Shown here piece by piece: positions 19,180-27,335 of a stretch of DNA of 64,000 nt. Each line of letters begins with the position of its first letter. Within the stretch, counting starts at the first letter, position 1. The notes under the pieces were generated by a model. That model did not search any database. It saw nothing but the letters and a program-made list of their open reading frames with translations, and was not told the origin of the DNA. The translations under genes and the position numbers were made by a program. This DNA comes from Candidatus Spongiihabitans sp. (lineage in GTDB: Bacteria > Pseudomonadota > Gammaproteobacteria > Arenicellales > Poriferihabitantaceae), in assembly GCA_965237725.1 (NCBI GenBank), contig OZ250151.1, positions 2,435,086 through 2,499,085 of the forward strand, written 5' to 3'.

Positions 19180-20466
19180 TTACAATTTCAGACGACTGAC
19201 GATTTTATCCAGAGCCGAAGTGGGCCATTGATTCTGCTCCAGCATTTTTGTGGTTCGCTGAATGCCGGGCTCAGGATCATCTAAATCAATGAAAGCAGAA
19301 CTCAAACTGCCATCGATGGCATCCAGCCGGGAAAGATATTGTTCCATGGACAAATCCGGCTCGTCTCGTTTCCATACCTCAGCCAATGCCATCAAGTCGA
19401 CGTGGGCATAATCTGCTTTTATGGTTTCCTCACTGGCAACTACCATTTTTCCCGCGCTATCCTTTCCCAAATCATCTTGAATTAACTGTTCGGTGTAATT
19501 CAAACCCAGGCGCTGGTAGAAACCATTAAACAACCAGTGTCTGGGATTGATTTCTACCACCTTCCATCCACCACCTTTTTTGTCTTTTACAAATTCAATC
19601 ATCAGTATTCCCCGATAACCCAGAGCGCTGACAACGCTTTGCGCCAGTTCGAGCAATTCCTGCAACCAGGCGAACCTGAGCACGATGGCTGTGCCAAAAG
19701 GAAAAGGCTCTATGACTTCCTTGATTCCATTGCCCGCCATGGTGATATTGTGATTGCGATCAGCATATAAATAAAAGGGAATTTCATCGTATACCGAATC
19801 AAAAATCAGCTTTTCCTGAACCACAAGATCAAACCCATTATCGAGCTCTGCTTTTAAACAGGATCGTAGCTGATTTTGATCTTTGCATTCAATGGCCTTG
19901 TTGCCATTGTGTGCTCGATAAAATGTCTGCCCGTAATCTTTTACCGTGGGCTTGTATATAGCAGGATAAACCATGTTCTCAACAACAGTTTCAATCTCAG
20001 GGTGATGTTGGCAACGCTGGGTTACCGGCACAATTTCCGGATTTGACTTAGCCAGCAATTTGGCACATTCAAATTTATTGATCACATCCGACCGTGGCGT
20101 TGAAAAGTCCTGATGCCCCATCACCTTGATGAAATCCTGGAACTCATGGTAATGATCGAGCAGGAACATCAAGTTGGTATCTCCAGACGGCAGCACCATC
20201 AGCCGAGTGCCGTAGACCTTAAACAAATCTGAGAATATTTCTTTTAACTGAGTGACCGCCAATGCGCTATGAGTGAACGGATTGGAAATAACCCTGGGAT
20301 CGGAATAACAGTTCGAATACTGAGAATACCAAATCGGTGCTTCGGGCCAGGTAAATATGACAGGTATGGTGGGAATGCCAGCAGCCTTGCACGAACGTAA
20401 AATACCCAGAAAACAAATGTCATTGCTGCGTAACACTACCACCGGTAGCTGACTCGAATCAGCCAT
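19180..20466 (-). CDS. ATP-grasp family ligase (predicted carboxylate-amine ligase)
   Basis: 428 aa. A pre-ATP-grasp N-domain, YPAIYKPTV..., and the C-terminal GILMIEFVKDKKGGGWKVVEINPRHW motif typical of ATP-grasp enzymes. Confidence 0.7.
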   Translation of the reverse strand: MADSSQLPVVVLRSNDICFLGILRSCKAAGIPTIPVIFTWPEAPIWYSQYSNCYSDPRVISNPFTHSALAVTQLKEIFSDLFKVYGTRLMVLPSGDTNLMFLLDHYHEFQDFIKVMGHQDFSTPRSDVINKFECAKLLAKSNPEIVPVTQRCQHHPEIETVVENMVYPAIYKPTVKDYGQTFYRAHNGNKAIECKDQNQLRSCLKAELDNGFDLVVQEKLIFDSVYDEIPFYLYADRNHNITMAGNGIKEVIEPFPFGTAIVLRFAWLQELLELAQSVVSALGYRGILMIEFVKDKKGGGWKVVEINPRHWLFNGFYQRLGLNYTEQLIQDDLGKDSAGKMVVASEETIKADYAHVDLMALAEVWKRDEPDLSMEQYLSRLDAIDGSLSSAFIDLDDPEPGIQRTTKMLEQNQWPTSALDKIVSRLKL

Positions 20467-20467
20467 A

Positions 20468-21223
20468 TTACTTTTTAATTTTAAATGCGAGATGTAATGG
20501 TATGTCTTCGACGGGGGAAAAAAATTTATTATCCATTGCGATCATGTCTTCGGTGACGCCATACTCCTGAACAGTGGGAAGACGATCAAAACCTGCCTGG
20601 GCCAGTGCTTCGAAATAGTCATCCAGGGTTTTGGGAATCATCTGCACCTTTAATACGTTGCCATCCCGGCAATGAATTTCCCCCTGGCATAATTGATTTC
20701 GACTACTAAAGTAACCTTTGTTTTGGGTATCAAAATAAAACGGTGGGCTGTGACTGGTTTTGATAAAAGGGAACGAAGGGTGGGGTACAGAAAACACAAA
20801 CTCTCCTCCGGGTTTTAGCACCCTGAAAACTTCACCAAACGACGTTTTGGTTTGTTCAACATCCAGGTAGTTATAAACAAACACACCAACCGCCAGATCA
20901 AATGCCTTGTCATCATAGGGTAGCTGGGTAACATTGCCGCATTCATAGCTGATCACCTGATCATCTTCAGCCTGCTGGCCCTTTGCCATTTCCACCATGG
21001 CTTCGGACAGCTCAATGCCTCGGATTTGGCCTGCACCCATATCTGCCAGCACCCTTGCGCAATAGCCCTCTCCGGCGCCAAGATCAACAATGGATTTACC
21101 TTTCACATCTCCACATAGGGCAAACACTCGCGGGCGCGCAGTAAAATCCGACAGGGAATTCGGCTCACGCCGACTCCACCTGGCCGCGGTCTGGTTATAA
21201 AGTTCCTGGGTATCCTGACTCAA
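20468..21223 (-). CDS. Class I SAM-dependent methyltransferase
   Basis: 251 aa. VDLGAGEGYCARVLADMGA (motif I) and VLKPGGEFVFSVPHP. Its stop is 1 bp from the downstream ATP-grasp start. Confidence 0.85.
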   Translation of the reverse strand: MSQDTQELYNQTAARWSRREPNSLSDFTARPRVFALCGDVKGKSIVDLGAGEGYCARVLADMGAGQIRGIELSEAMVEMAKGQQAEDDQVISYECGNVTQLPYDDKAFDLAVGVFVYNYLDVEQTKTSFGEVFRVLKPGGEFVFSVPHPSFPFIKTSHSPPFYFDTQNKGYFSSRNQLCQGEIHCRDGNVLKVQMIPKTLDDYFEALAQAGFDRLPTVQEYGVTEDMIAMDNKFFSPVEDIPLHLAFKIKK

Positions 21224-21405
21224 AACAGTATTTGAATTATGTTAAAACTGAATTATAACCGTTGACCGATTTTATTTCGCCGGTTGTGAATACTTAAGAC
21301 ACTAACCATAAATCACAATGGAAAATTGCATAAACATCATCTGTACCTTAGGAACAAATTTCAGTAACATCCCCATGGAGCTTTATTCTAACTAAACAAC
21401 CCGCA

Positions 21406-22551
21406 ATGGAATTCGACCCAATCCCGTTTAATAGACCCTACATGACCGGGGATGAGCTCGAATATATACGTCAAGCCCACGAATACGGCAAGCTCGCCGG
21501 GGATGGTGCGTTCACTCAATTTTGTCATCGCTGGTTGGAAACTAACATCAGCTGCACAAAATCCCTGCTCACCCATTCTTGTACCGCCGCACTGGAAATG
21601 TGTGCCTTGCTGCTGAATATTCAGCCCGGCGACGAAATCATCATGCCTTCATTCACATTTGTTTCCACCGCAAATGCATTTGTTTTGCGTGGCGGAATAC
21701 CGGTTTTTGTCGATATCCGCGAAGACACCCTGAACATCGACGAATCCCTTATCGAAGCGGCCATCACGTCGCGTACCAAAGCCATCGTCGTGGTTCACTA
21801 TGCCGGCGTGGCCTGTGACATGGATAAAATTAATGCGCTGGCCAGCAAACATGATTTGCCGGTTATTGAAGATGCGGCCCAGGCCATCCTGGCAAAATAC
21901 AAAAACCAGCCCCTGGGTGGACTCGGTGATTTAAGCGCATTGAGTTTTCACGAGACAAAAAATATCATGGCAGGAGAAGGTGGTGCGTTGTTGATCAATG
22001 ACCACAAGCATATTGTAAATGCTGAGGTCATTCGGGAAAAAGGCACGGACCGATCACAATTTTTTCGTGGGGAAATTGACAAATACACATGGCAAAGTCC
22101 CGGCTCTTCATTCTTGCCCGGAGAATTGATTGCTGCTTTTTTGCGTGCCCAACTCGAAAATGCTCAGGAAATCACCCAGTCGAGAATGCTTCTCTGGAAC
22201 AACTATCACAAACTACTCGAGGACATGGAACAAAAGGGTCTGGTTCGACGACCTGTTGTGCCGCCAGACTGTGAACACAATGCTCATATTTATTATGTTT
22301 TACTGAATGATAAAATTAATCGACAAAAATTCCTGGAAGAATTTAAAAAACAGGGTATCCATCCGGTGTTCCATTATGTGCCATTACATTCATCCCCGGC
22401 GGGAAAACGATTTGGTAAAACCAGTGGCGCCATGACCCAAACCGACCGGCAGTCAGCACGTCTGGTTCGATTGCCACTATGGGTAGGATTAGCTGATTCC
22501 CAGCAGCAACGCATAGTAGAAATTCTTACCCAGCTTGCAGGTGTTTCTTAG
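21406..22551 (+). CDS. wecE: dTDP-4-amino-4,6-dideoxygalactose (Fuc4N) transaminase-like DegT-family aminotransferase
   Basis: 381 aa. Long collinear similarity to E. coli WecE as I recall it: PFNRPYMTGDELEYI..GKLAGDGAFT, IMPSFTFVSTANAFVLRG, VVHYAGVACDM, SFHETKN, IREKGTDRSQFFRGEIDKYTW, VFHYVPLHSSPAG. Confidence 0.88.
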   Translation: MEFDPIPFNRPYMTGDELEYIRQAHEYGKLAGDGAFTQFCHRWLETNISCTKSLLTHSCTAALEMCALLLNIQPGDEIIMPSFTFVSTANAFVLRGGIPVFVDIREDTLNIDESLIEAAITSRTKAIVVVHYAGVACDMDKINALASKHDLPVIEDAAQAILAKYKNQPLGGLGDLSALSFHETKNIMAGEGGALLINDHKHIVNAEVIREKGTDRSQFFRGEIDKYTWQSPGSSFLPGELIAAFLRAQLENAQEITQSRMLLWNNYHKLLEDMEQKGLVRRPVVPPDCEHNAHIYYVLLNDKINRQKFLEEFKKQGIHPVFHYVPLHSSPAGKRFGKTSGAMTQTDRQSARLVRLPLWVGLADSQQQRIVEILTQLAGVS

Positions 22552-22554
22552 ACG

Positions 22555-23313
22555 CTATTTATTGTAGCGTTTTCTCGCTATTTCAAGATCTTCTTCAGTA
22601 TCGATTCCCGGGCCCGGGGTTTCTACTGCTTCAACCACGAGAATCTTGTCTCCATGCCAGATGCTTCTAAGCTGTTCGAGTTTCTCACGATATTCCAGAT
22701 CACAACTGCTGAGGGCGGAAAACTTTTTCAGGTAAGCCACCCGATAGGCATAAATGCCCAGATGCCGACGCACGATTTCCCATGCATCAGCAGCAAGCCC
22801 TGAATCATTTTCGCTTCTCACCCAGGGAATGGTTGCGCGGCTAAAATAAACTGCATAATCATATTTATCCGTAACCACCTTAACAATGGATGGATCCTGT
22901 AACTGCTGAATGTCGTCGAGGGGTGCGCTGGCGGTTGCGGACATCGCTTTGGACTCTGAGAACAATGCATCAGCCAGCTGGTTAATCAGTGCGGCTGGCA
23001 TGTCCGGCTCATCTCCCTGAACATTGACGACGATGGTATCGTCATCGAAATTCAGAATTTCACAGGCCTCCGCTATTCGATCACTTCCAGATTCATGGTC
23101 TGATGATGTCAGCACGCTTTGTCCGCCAAATCCGGCAACCGCTTCGACAATTCGATTGTCATCGGTGGCAACAACCACACTGATCGCGTCACTACGTTTA
23201 CAACACTCGACCACATGCTGAATCATGGGCTTGTCACCTATGGTCACCAACGCTTTACCCGGCAGTCGGCTGGACTGATAACGAGCAGGAATGATAATGT
23301 GAAAAGGTGTCAT
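22555..23313 (-). CDS. kdsB: 3-deoxy-manno-octulosonate cytidylyltransferase (CMP-Kdo synthetase)
   Basis: 252 aa. IIPARYQSSRLPGKAL, NVQGDEP, and the msbA-lpxK-kdsB order. Confidence 0.95.
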   Translation of the reverse strand: MTPFHIIIPARYQSSRLPGKALVTIGDKPMIQHVVECCKRSDAISVVVATDDNRIVEAVAGFGGQSVLTSSDHESGSDRIAEACEILNFDDDTIVVNVQGDEPDMPAALINQLADALFSESKAMSATASAPLDDIQQLQDPSIVKVVTDKYDYAVYFSRATIPWVRSENDSGLAADAWEIVRRHLGIYAYRVAYLKKFSALSSCDLEYREKLEQLRSIWHGDKILVVEAVETPGPGIDTEEDLEIARKRYNK

Positions 23314-23345
23314 TTAATTAACTTCTGTTCTAATTAGCTTCTGTT

Positions 23346-24362
23346 CTAATTACTTGCTGTTGAACTTGGGAATATGTGAGATTCGATTTTCTGAAAAATC
23401 GATTCCTCGATGTTTACGTCCGCAGTCACCACCCAGATATTTTTTGCCATACTCATATCCCGACATTTTATCCCATCCTTTTCCGTCATCAGTAATTTTT
23501 CATCCCCACCAAATTCGAGATCGTTCTCGGTGTACTTATGATGATCAGGAAATGCATGGCTTACAAGATTAATTCCAGCGGCTTCGAGTTGGGAAAAAAA
23601 CCGTACCGGATTGCCCACCCCGGCTACAGCATGTACATTTTCTCCGCCAAAGTCGGATAACTCCCGTCTTGCGCCACTGGCCAGGTTATAGGTATCCCGA
23701 AGGACCATACTCATGGGGTGGATTGCGTACTCCTCCAGTTTATGCTTGCCCTGTTGAATATCATCATTGACCAGTATCAATTGCGCGCGTTCAAGGGCCG
23801 AAATCGGCTCCCGCAACGGCCCGGCGGGCAAACAAAAACCATTACCAAATCCATAGTTTCCGTCAATCACCACAACATCGAAATCACGGTTCAATGCAAA
23901 ATGTTGAAATCCATCATCGCTTACAACGACGTCACAACCCAGTTCATTAACCAAAACCTGTCCTCCGGCAGCCCGATTTGCACCCACCACCACCGCAACC
24001 TTGCAAACTTCAAAAATCATCTGCGGTTCGTCACCGACAAGATCAGTGGAAGTTGTTGCACTAACCTGGAGAGGTTGTATTTCACTGGCTCCTCCATAGC
24101 CTCTTGAAACCACGCCAGGCTGATAGCCTCGTTGTTGCAGAAATTTCACCAGGGCAATCACCACTGGGGTTTTGCCGCTACCCCCTGCGCTGATTCCACC
24201 AATCACGACAACTGGAACGGCCAGCGAAAAAGATTTAAATATGCCTACCCGATAGCAACCCTGTCGCAACTTATGTAGCAAAAGATACAAAAGCGAAAAT
24301 GGAACCAGTAAATAATTCAGCAGTCCTGGTTTGCGCCATCCTTGCTGTATTTTATCCAGCAT
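23346..24362 (-). CDS. lpxK: Tetraacyldisaccharide 4'-kinase
   Basis: 338 aa. P-loop GGISAGGSGKTP and SRGYGG motifs. Overlaps the msbA stop by 11 bp. Confidence 0.9.
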   Translation of the reverse strand: MLDKIQQGWRKPGLLNYLLVPFSLLYLLLHKLRQGCYRVGIFKSFSLAVPVVVIGGISAGGSGKTPVVIALVKFLQQRGYQPGVVSRGYGGASEIQPLQVSATTSTDLVGDEPQMIFEVCKVAVVVGANRAAGGQVLVNELGCDVVVSDDGFQHFALNRDFDVVVIDGNYGFGNGFCLPAGPLREPISALERAQLILVNDDIQQGKHKLEEYAIHPMSMVLRDTYNLASGARRELSDFGGENVHAVAGVGNPVRFFSQLEAAGINLVSHAFPDHHKYTENDLEFGGDEKLLMTEKDGIKCRDMSMAKNIWVVTADVNIEESIFQKIESHIFPSSTASN

Positions 24363-26127
24363 CTGTATCCGAATTTGTTTCTGTTTCTGTGCGCCGATAC
24401 TGGGTGTTGTACAGATGATAGTATTGCCCGTGTTGCGCCAATAATTCTTCGTGATTACCCCTCTCGATAATTTTTCCCTTGTCCAGCACCAAAATTAAAT
24501 CTGCGTTTTCGATTGTGCTCAATCGATGAGCGATTACCAGCGTAGATCGGTTTTTGATTAACTTGTGTATTGCCTTCTGTATATGCTGCTCGGACCGGGA
24601 ATCCAGTGATGAAGTGGCTTCGTCCAGAATTAAAATGGGCGCATCTTTGTATAACGCCCGAGCAATAGCAATACGTTGTCGTTGACCTCCGGATAAACGC
24701 GTCCCGGACTCGCCAACCATAGTATCCATTCCATCAGCAAAGGTATCTATAAATTCGGTGATGTGCGCCGCTTTCACCGAATCGGCCAGTTTCTTCTCAT
24801 CAATCTCACCGGATTCGCCATAAGTAATATTGTTTCTTACGTTATCGTCAAACAATACAATATCCTGGCTGACAATGGCCGCATTGTCTCGCAATGACGC
24901 CAGAGTTATGTTTTCAATGGGATGATCATCGATTGATATTTCACCTTTAAGCGGACTGTAGAATCTCATCAATGTAGATGCGACTGTGGACTTGCCTGCG
25001 CCCGATGGCCCTACCAGCGCCACTGTGGTTCCCGGTTCTATTTCAAAACTAATGCCATCCAGAATCGGCGTCTCATCTTCGGCATACCGAAATGAAACAT
25101 TTTTGAATGAAACCTTTCCCGAAACCTTTTCAAGTACCACCGTACCGTCATCTACCTCGGTCTCAAGATCCATTGTATTAAATACCGATTCCGCCCCCGC
25201 CATTCCGGTTTGTATCACTTCGTTGACCTTAGAAAGATTTTTTACTGGCCGCACGATCATGGTCATGGACACCAGATAGGATGTGAAAACCCCTGGTTTA
25301 ATTTCCAAGGCAAATGCAAACCAGATGACCACGGCAACGCCAATGCCCATAAGCAAAACCAGCAACGGAACACTGGCAGACAAAATCGCCGCTTTTTTCA
25401 TTGATTGTTGGCGATTGCGGTTATTGGCATCGAAAAATATTTTCTTTTCATGCTCATAGCCACCGAAAATTTTTACCAGCCTGTGACCCTGAAAACTCTG
25501 TTTGGCGATATGGGTTATGTCGCCGACACTTTCCTGAATCCTCGAGCTGATGTTTCTGAATCGTCCACTGGTAAACTTAAAGATATAAAACGCCGCAGGG
25601 AATATAACCAGAAATATCAGAGACAGTTTCCAGCTCAAATAAAACATCAGCGACAGCAAAAATATCGATTTAATAAAGTCTCGAAACAAAACCCTGAAAG
25701 CGCTGCTGCTGGCCCGTGCAACCTGCTCCACATCATAGGTCAATCTGGAAACCAGACTGCCGCTGGACTGATTGTCGAAATAACCCGTTGGCGCATAAAT
25801 CAAGCGATCAAACATTTTTTGTCGAAGGTCCTGGACAACCCGGCGGGCAACCCAGTTAATGCAATAACCGTCCACCAGATCTCCGAGGGCACGCGTCACC
25901 GCAATAAACACCAATGCCACGGGAATCCACTTTATATAAGTCGGGTCACGCTCAACAAAACCTTTATCCATCATCGGCTGCAAAACCCATGCGAATGAAG
26001 TATCCGCTGCAGCCACTACCAGCATGCCCAGCAATCCGGCCAGGAACGCCATTTTATAGGGCCACACATGGCGAAATAACCGTTTATACAGGTTAACGCT
26101 GGGCAATTTTTCGGTTGAGTCTGTCAC
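24352..26127 (-). CDS. msbA: Lipid A export ATP-binding/permease protein MsbA
   Basis: 591 aa. Six-TM ABC exporter domain, Walker A GPSGAGKST, signature LSGGQRQR, Walker B ILILDEATS. Upstream of lpxK. Confidence 0.9.
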   Translation of the reverse strand: MTDSTEKLPSVNLYKRLFRHVWPYKMAFLAGLLGMLVVAAADTSFAWVLQPMMDKGFVERDPTYIKWIPVALVFIAVTRALGDLVDGYCINWVARRVVQDLRQKMFDRLIYAPTGYFDNQSSGSLVSRLTYDVEQVARASSSAFRVLFRDFIKSIFLLSLMFYLSWKLSLIFLVIFPAAFYIFKFTSGRFRNISSRIQESVGDITHIAKQSFQGHRLVKIFGGYEHEKKIFFDANNRNRQQSMKKAAILSASVPLLVLLMGIGVAVVIWFAFALEIKPGVFTSYLVSMTMIVRPVKNLSKVNEVIQTGMAGAESVFNTMDLETEVDDGTVVLEKVSGKVSFKNVSFRYAEDETPILDGISFEIEPGTTVALVGPSGAGKSTVASTLMRFYSPLKGEISIDDHPIENITLASLRDNAAIVSQDIVLFDDNVRNNITYGESGEIDEKKLADSVKAAHITEFIDTFADGMDTMVGESGTRLSGGQRQRIAIARALYKDAPILILDEATSSLDSRSEQHIQKAIHKLIKNRSTLVIAHRLSTIENADLILVLDKGKIIERGNHEELLAQHGQYYHLYNTQYRRTETETNSDTDAG

Positions 26128-26212
26128 GGAATGGTTATACCAATTTTGTGTCCTTAGATTTTAACCCAGGCCAGGTTAATTCCAGCCAATTCAGTTTAGC
26201 GGGCCGGGATGA

Positions 26213-27187
26213 TTAATTGAGCTGTTTATGGGCCTTTCTTTCATCGCGAGGTGGAATACCAAAATATTCGCGATAACATTTGCTGAAGTGGGGGGTAGAT
26301 ACGAAGCCGCTGGCAAAGGCAATTTCGACTATGGGCATACTGGTCTGCAAAAGTAGCTGCCTGGCGTGCATCAGCCGCAGGCGCATATAATAACGCGTGG
26401 GCACACAGTGCAGGTATTTCTGAAACAGCCTTTCCAGTTGCCGCCGTGACAGCCCAACGTGACCGGCGATTTCATCCAGGCTAATCAACTCTTCTATATT
26501 GGCTTCCATGAATGCCACCGCTTCCGCCAGCTTTGGCTGACTGGCACCCAGTTGTAATCGTAACGGTAGTCTTTGACGGTCATTTCGACCACGGATACGT
26601 TCAACCAGAAATTCCTCTGCAATATCCGTGGCCAGGTCCCAGCCGTGTTTTTGTGCTATCAAATAAACCATCATATCCATGGCCGCGCTGCCACCGGCGC
26701 AGGTATAACGATCACGGTCAATTTCAAACAAGTCGGGGCTTATGATTAACTCGGGAAATCGCTCACGCAATCCAATCATATTTTCCCAGTGGATGGTGCA
26801 ACGATAATCTTTCAACAATCCGGCCTCAGCCAGAATATAGGTTCCCGTGCAAATCGCGCCGATGTGAACCCGGTTTTTGGCCTGCTCTCTAAGCCAGGTG
26901 GTAATTGGTCTTGTGGACTTGGTATCTATATGGGTGCCACCACAGACAAATACCGCATCAAGCTTTCCGGAACTCCTCATCTCTGTAGTGGCCACGGACA
27001 TTTCAGTACTGGCATACACAGGCTTGTCGGTCTCGGAAAGTATGACCCATTCATACAATTGTTTGCCCGATAACCGGTTAGCCATGCGCATCTGATCGAT
27101 AGCGGCGGTAAACGCCATCATCGAATACTCTGGCATAAGCAAGAAGCCATACCGATTAAATTCCGGGCTTAAACTAGTTTCTGACAT
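26213..27187 (-). CDS. GlxA-family transcriptional regulator (DJ-1/PfpI-like sensor domain + AraC HTH; GbdR/CdhR-like)
   Basis: 324 aa. N-terminal class-I-amidotransferase-like domain (GAICTGTYILAEAGLL) and a C-terminal AraC HTH (GFVSTPHFSKCYREYFGIPP). Divergent from the MttB-family gene. Confidence 0.85.
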   Translation of the reverse strand: MSETSLSPEFNRYGFLLMPEYSMMAFTAAIDQMRMANRLSGKQLYEWVILSETDKPVYASTEMSVATTEMRSSGKLDAVFVCGGTHIDTKSTRPITTWLREQAKNRVHIGAICTGTYILAEAGLLKDYRCTIHWENMIGLRERFPELIISPDLFEIDRDRYTCAGGSAAMDMMVYLIAQKHGWDLATDIAEEFLVERIRGRNDRQRLPLRLQLGASQPKLAEAVAFMEANIEELISLDEIAGHVGLSRRQLERLFQKYLHCVPTRYYMRLRLMHARQLLLQTSMPIVEIAFASGFVSTPHFSKCYREYFGIPPRDERKAHKQLN

Positions 27188-27335
27188 TAAAATCCATTGT
27201 TTTCTGAATAACAGTGATTATTAACCATGTCATGCCAGTGGCGCAATCGGTTATACCGAGGTCGCGCCATGGCCTGTGTTACAACCTGCATCACCCCATA
27301 CTCCATGTTTCGATCAAGTAACTAACAACCAATAC

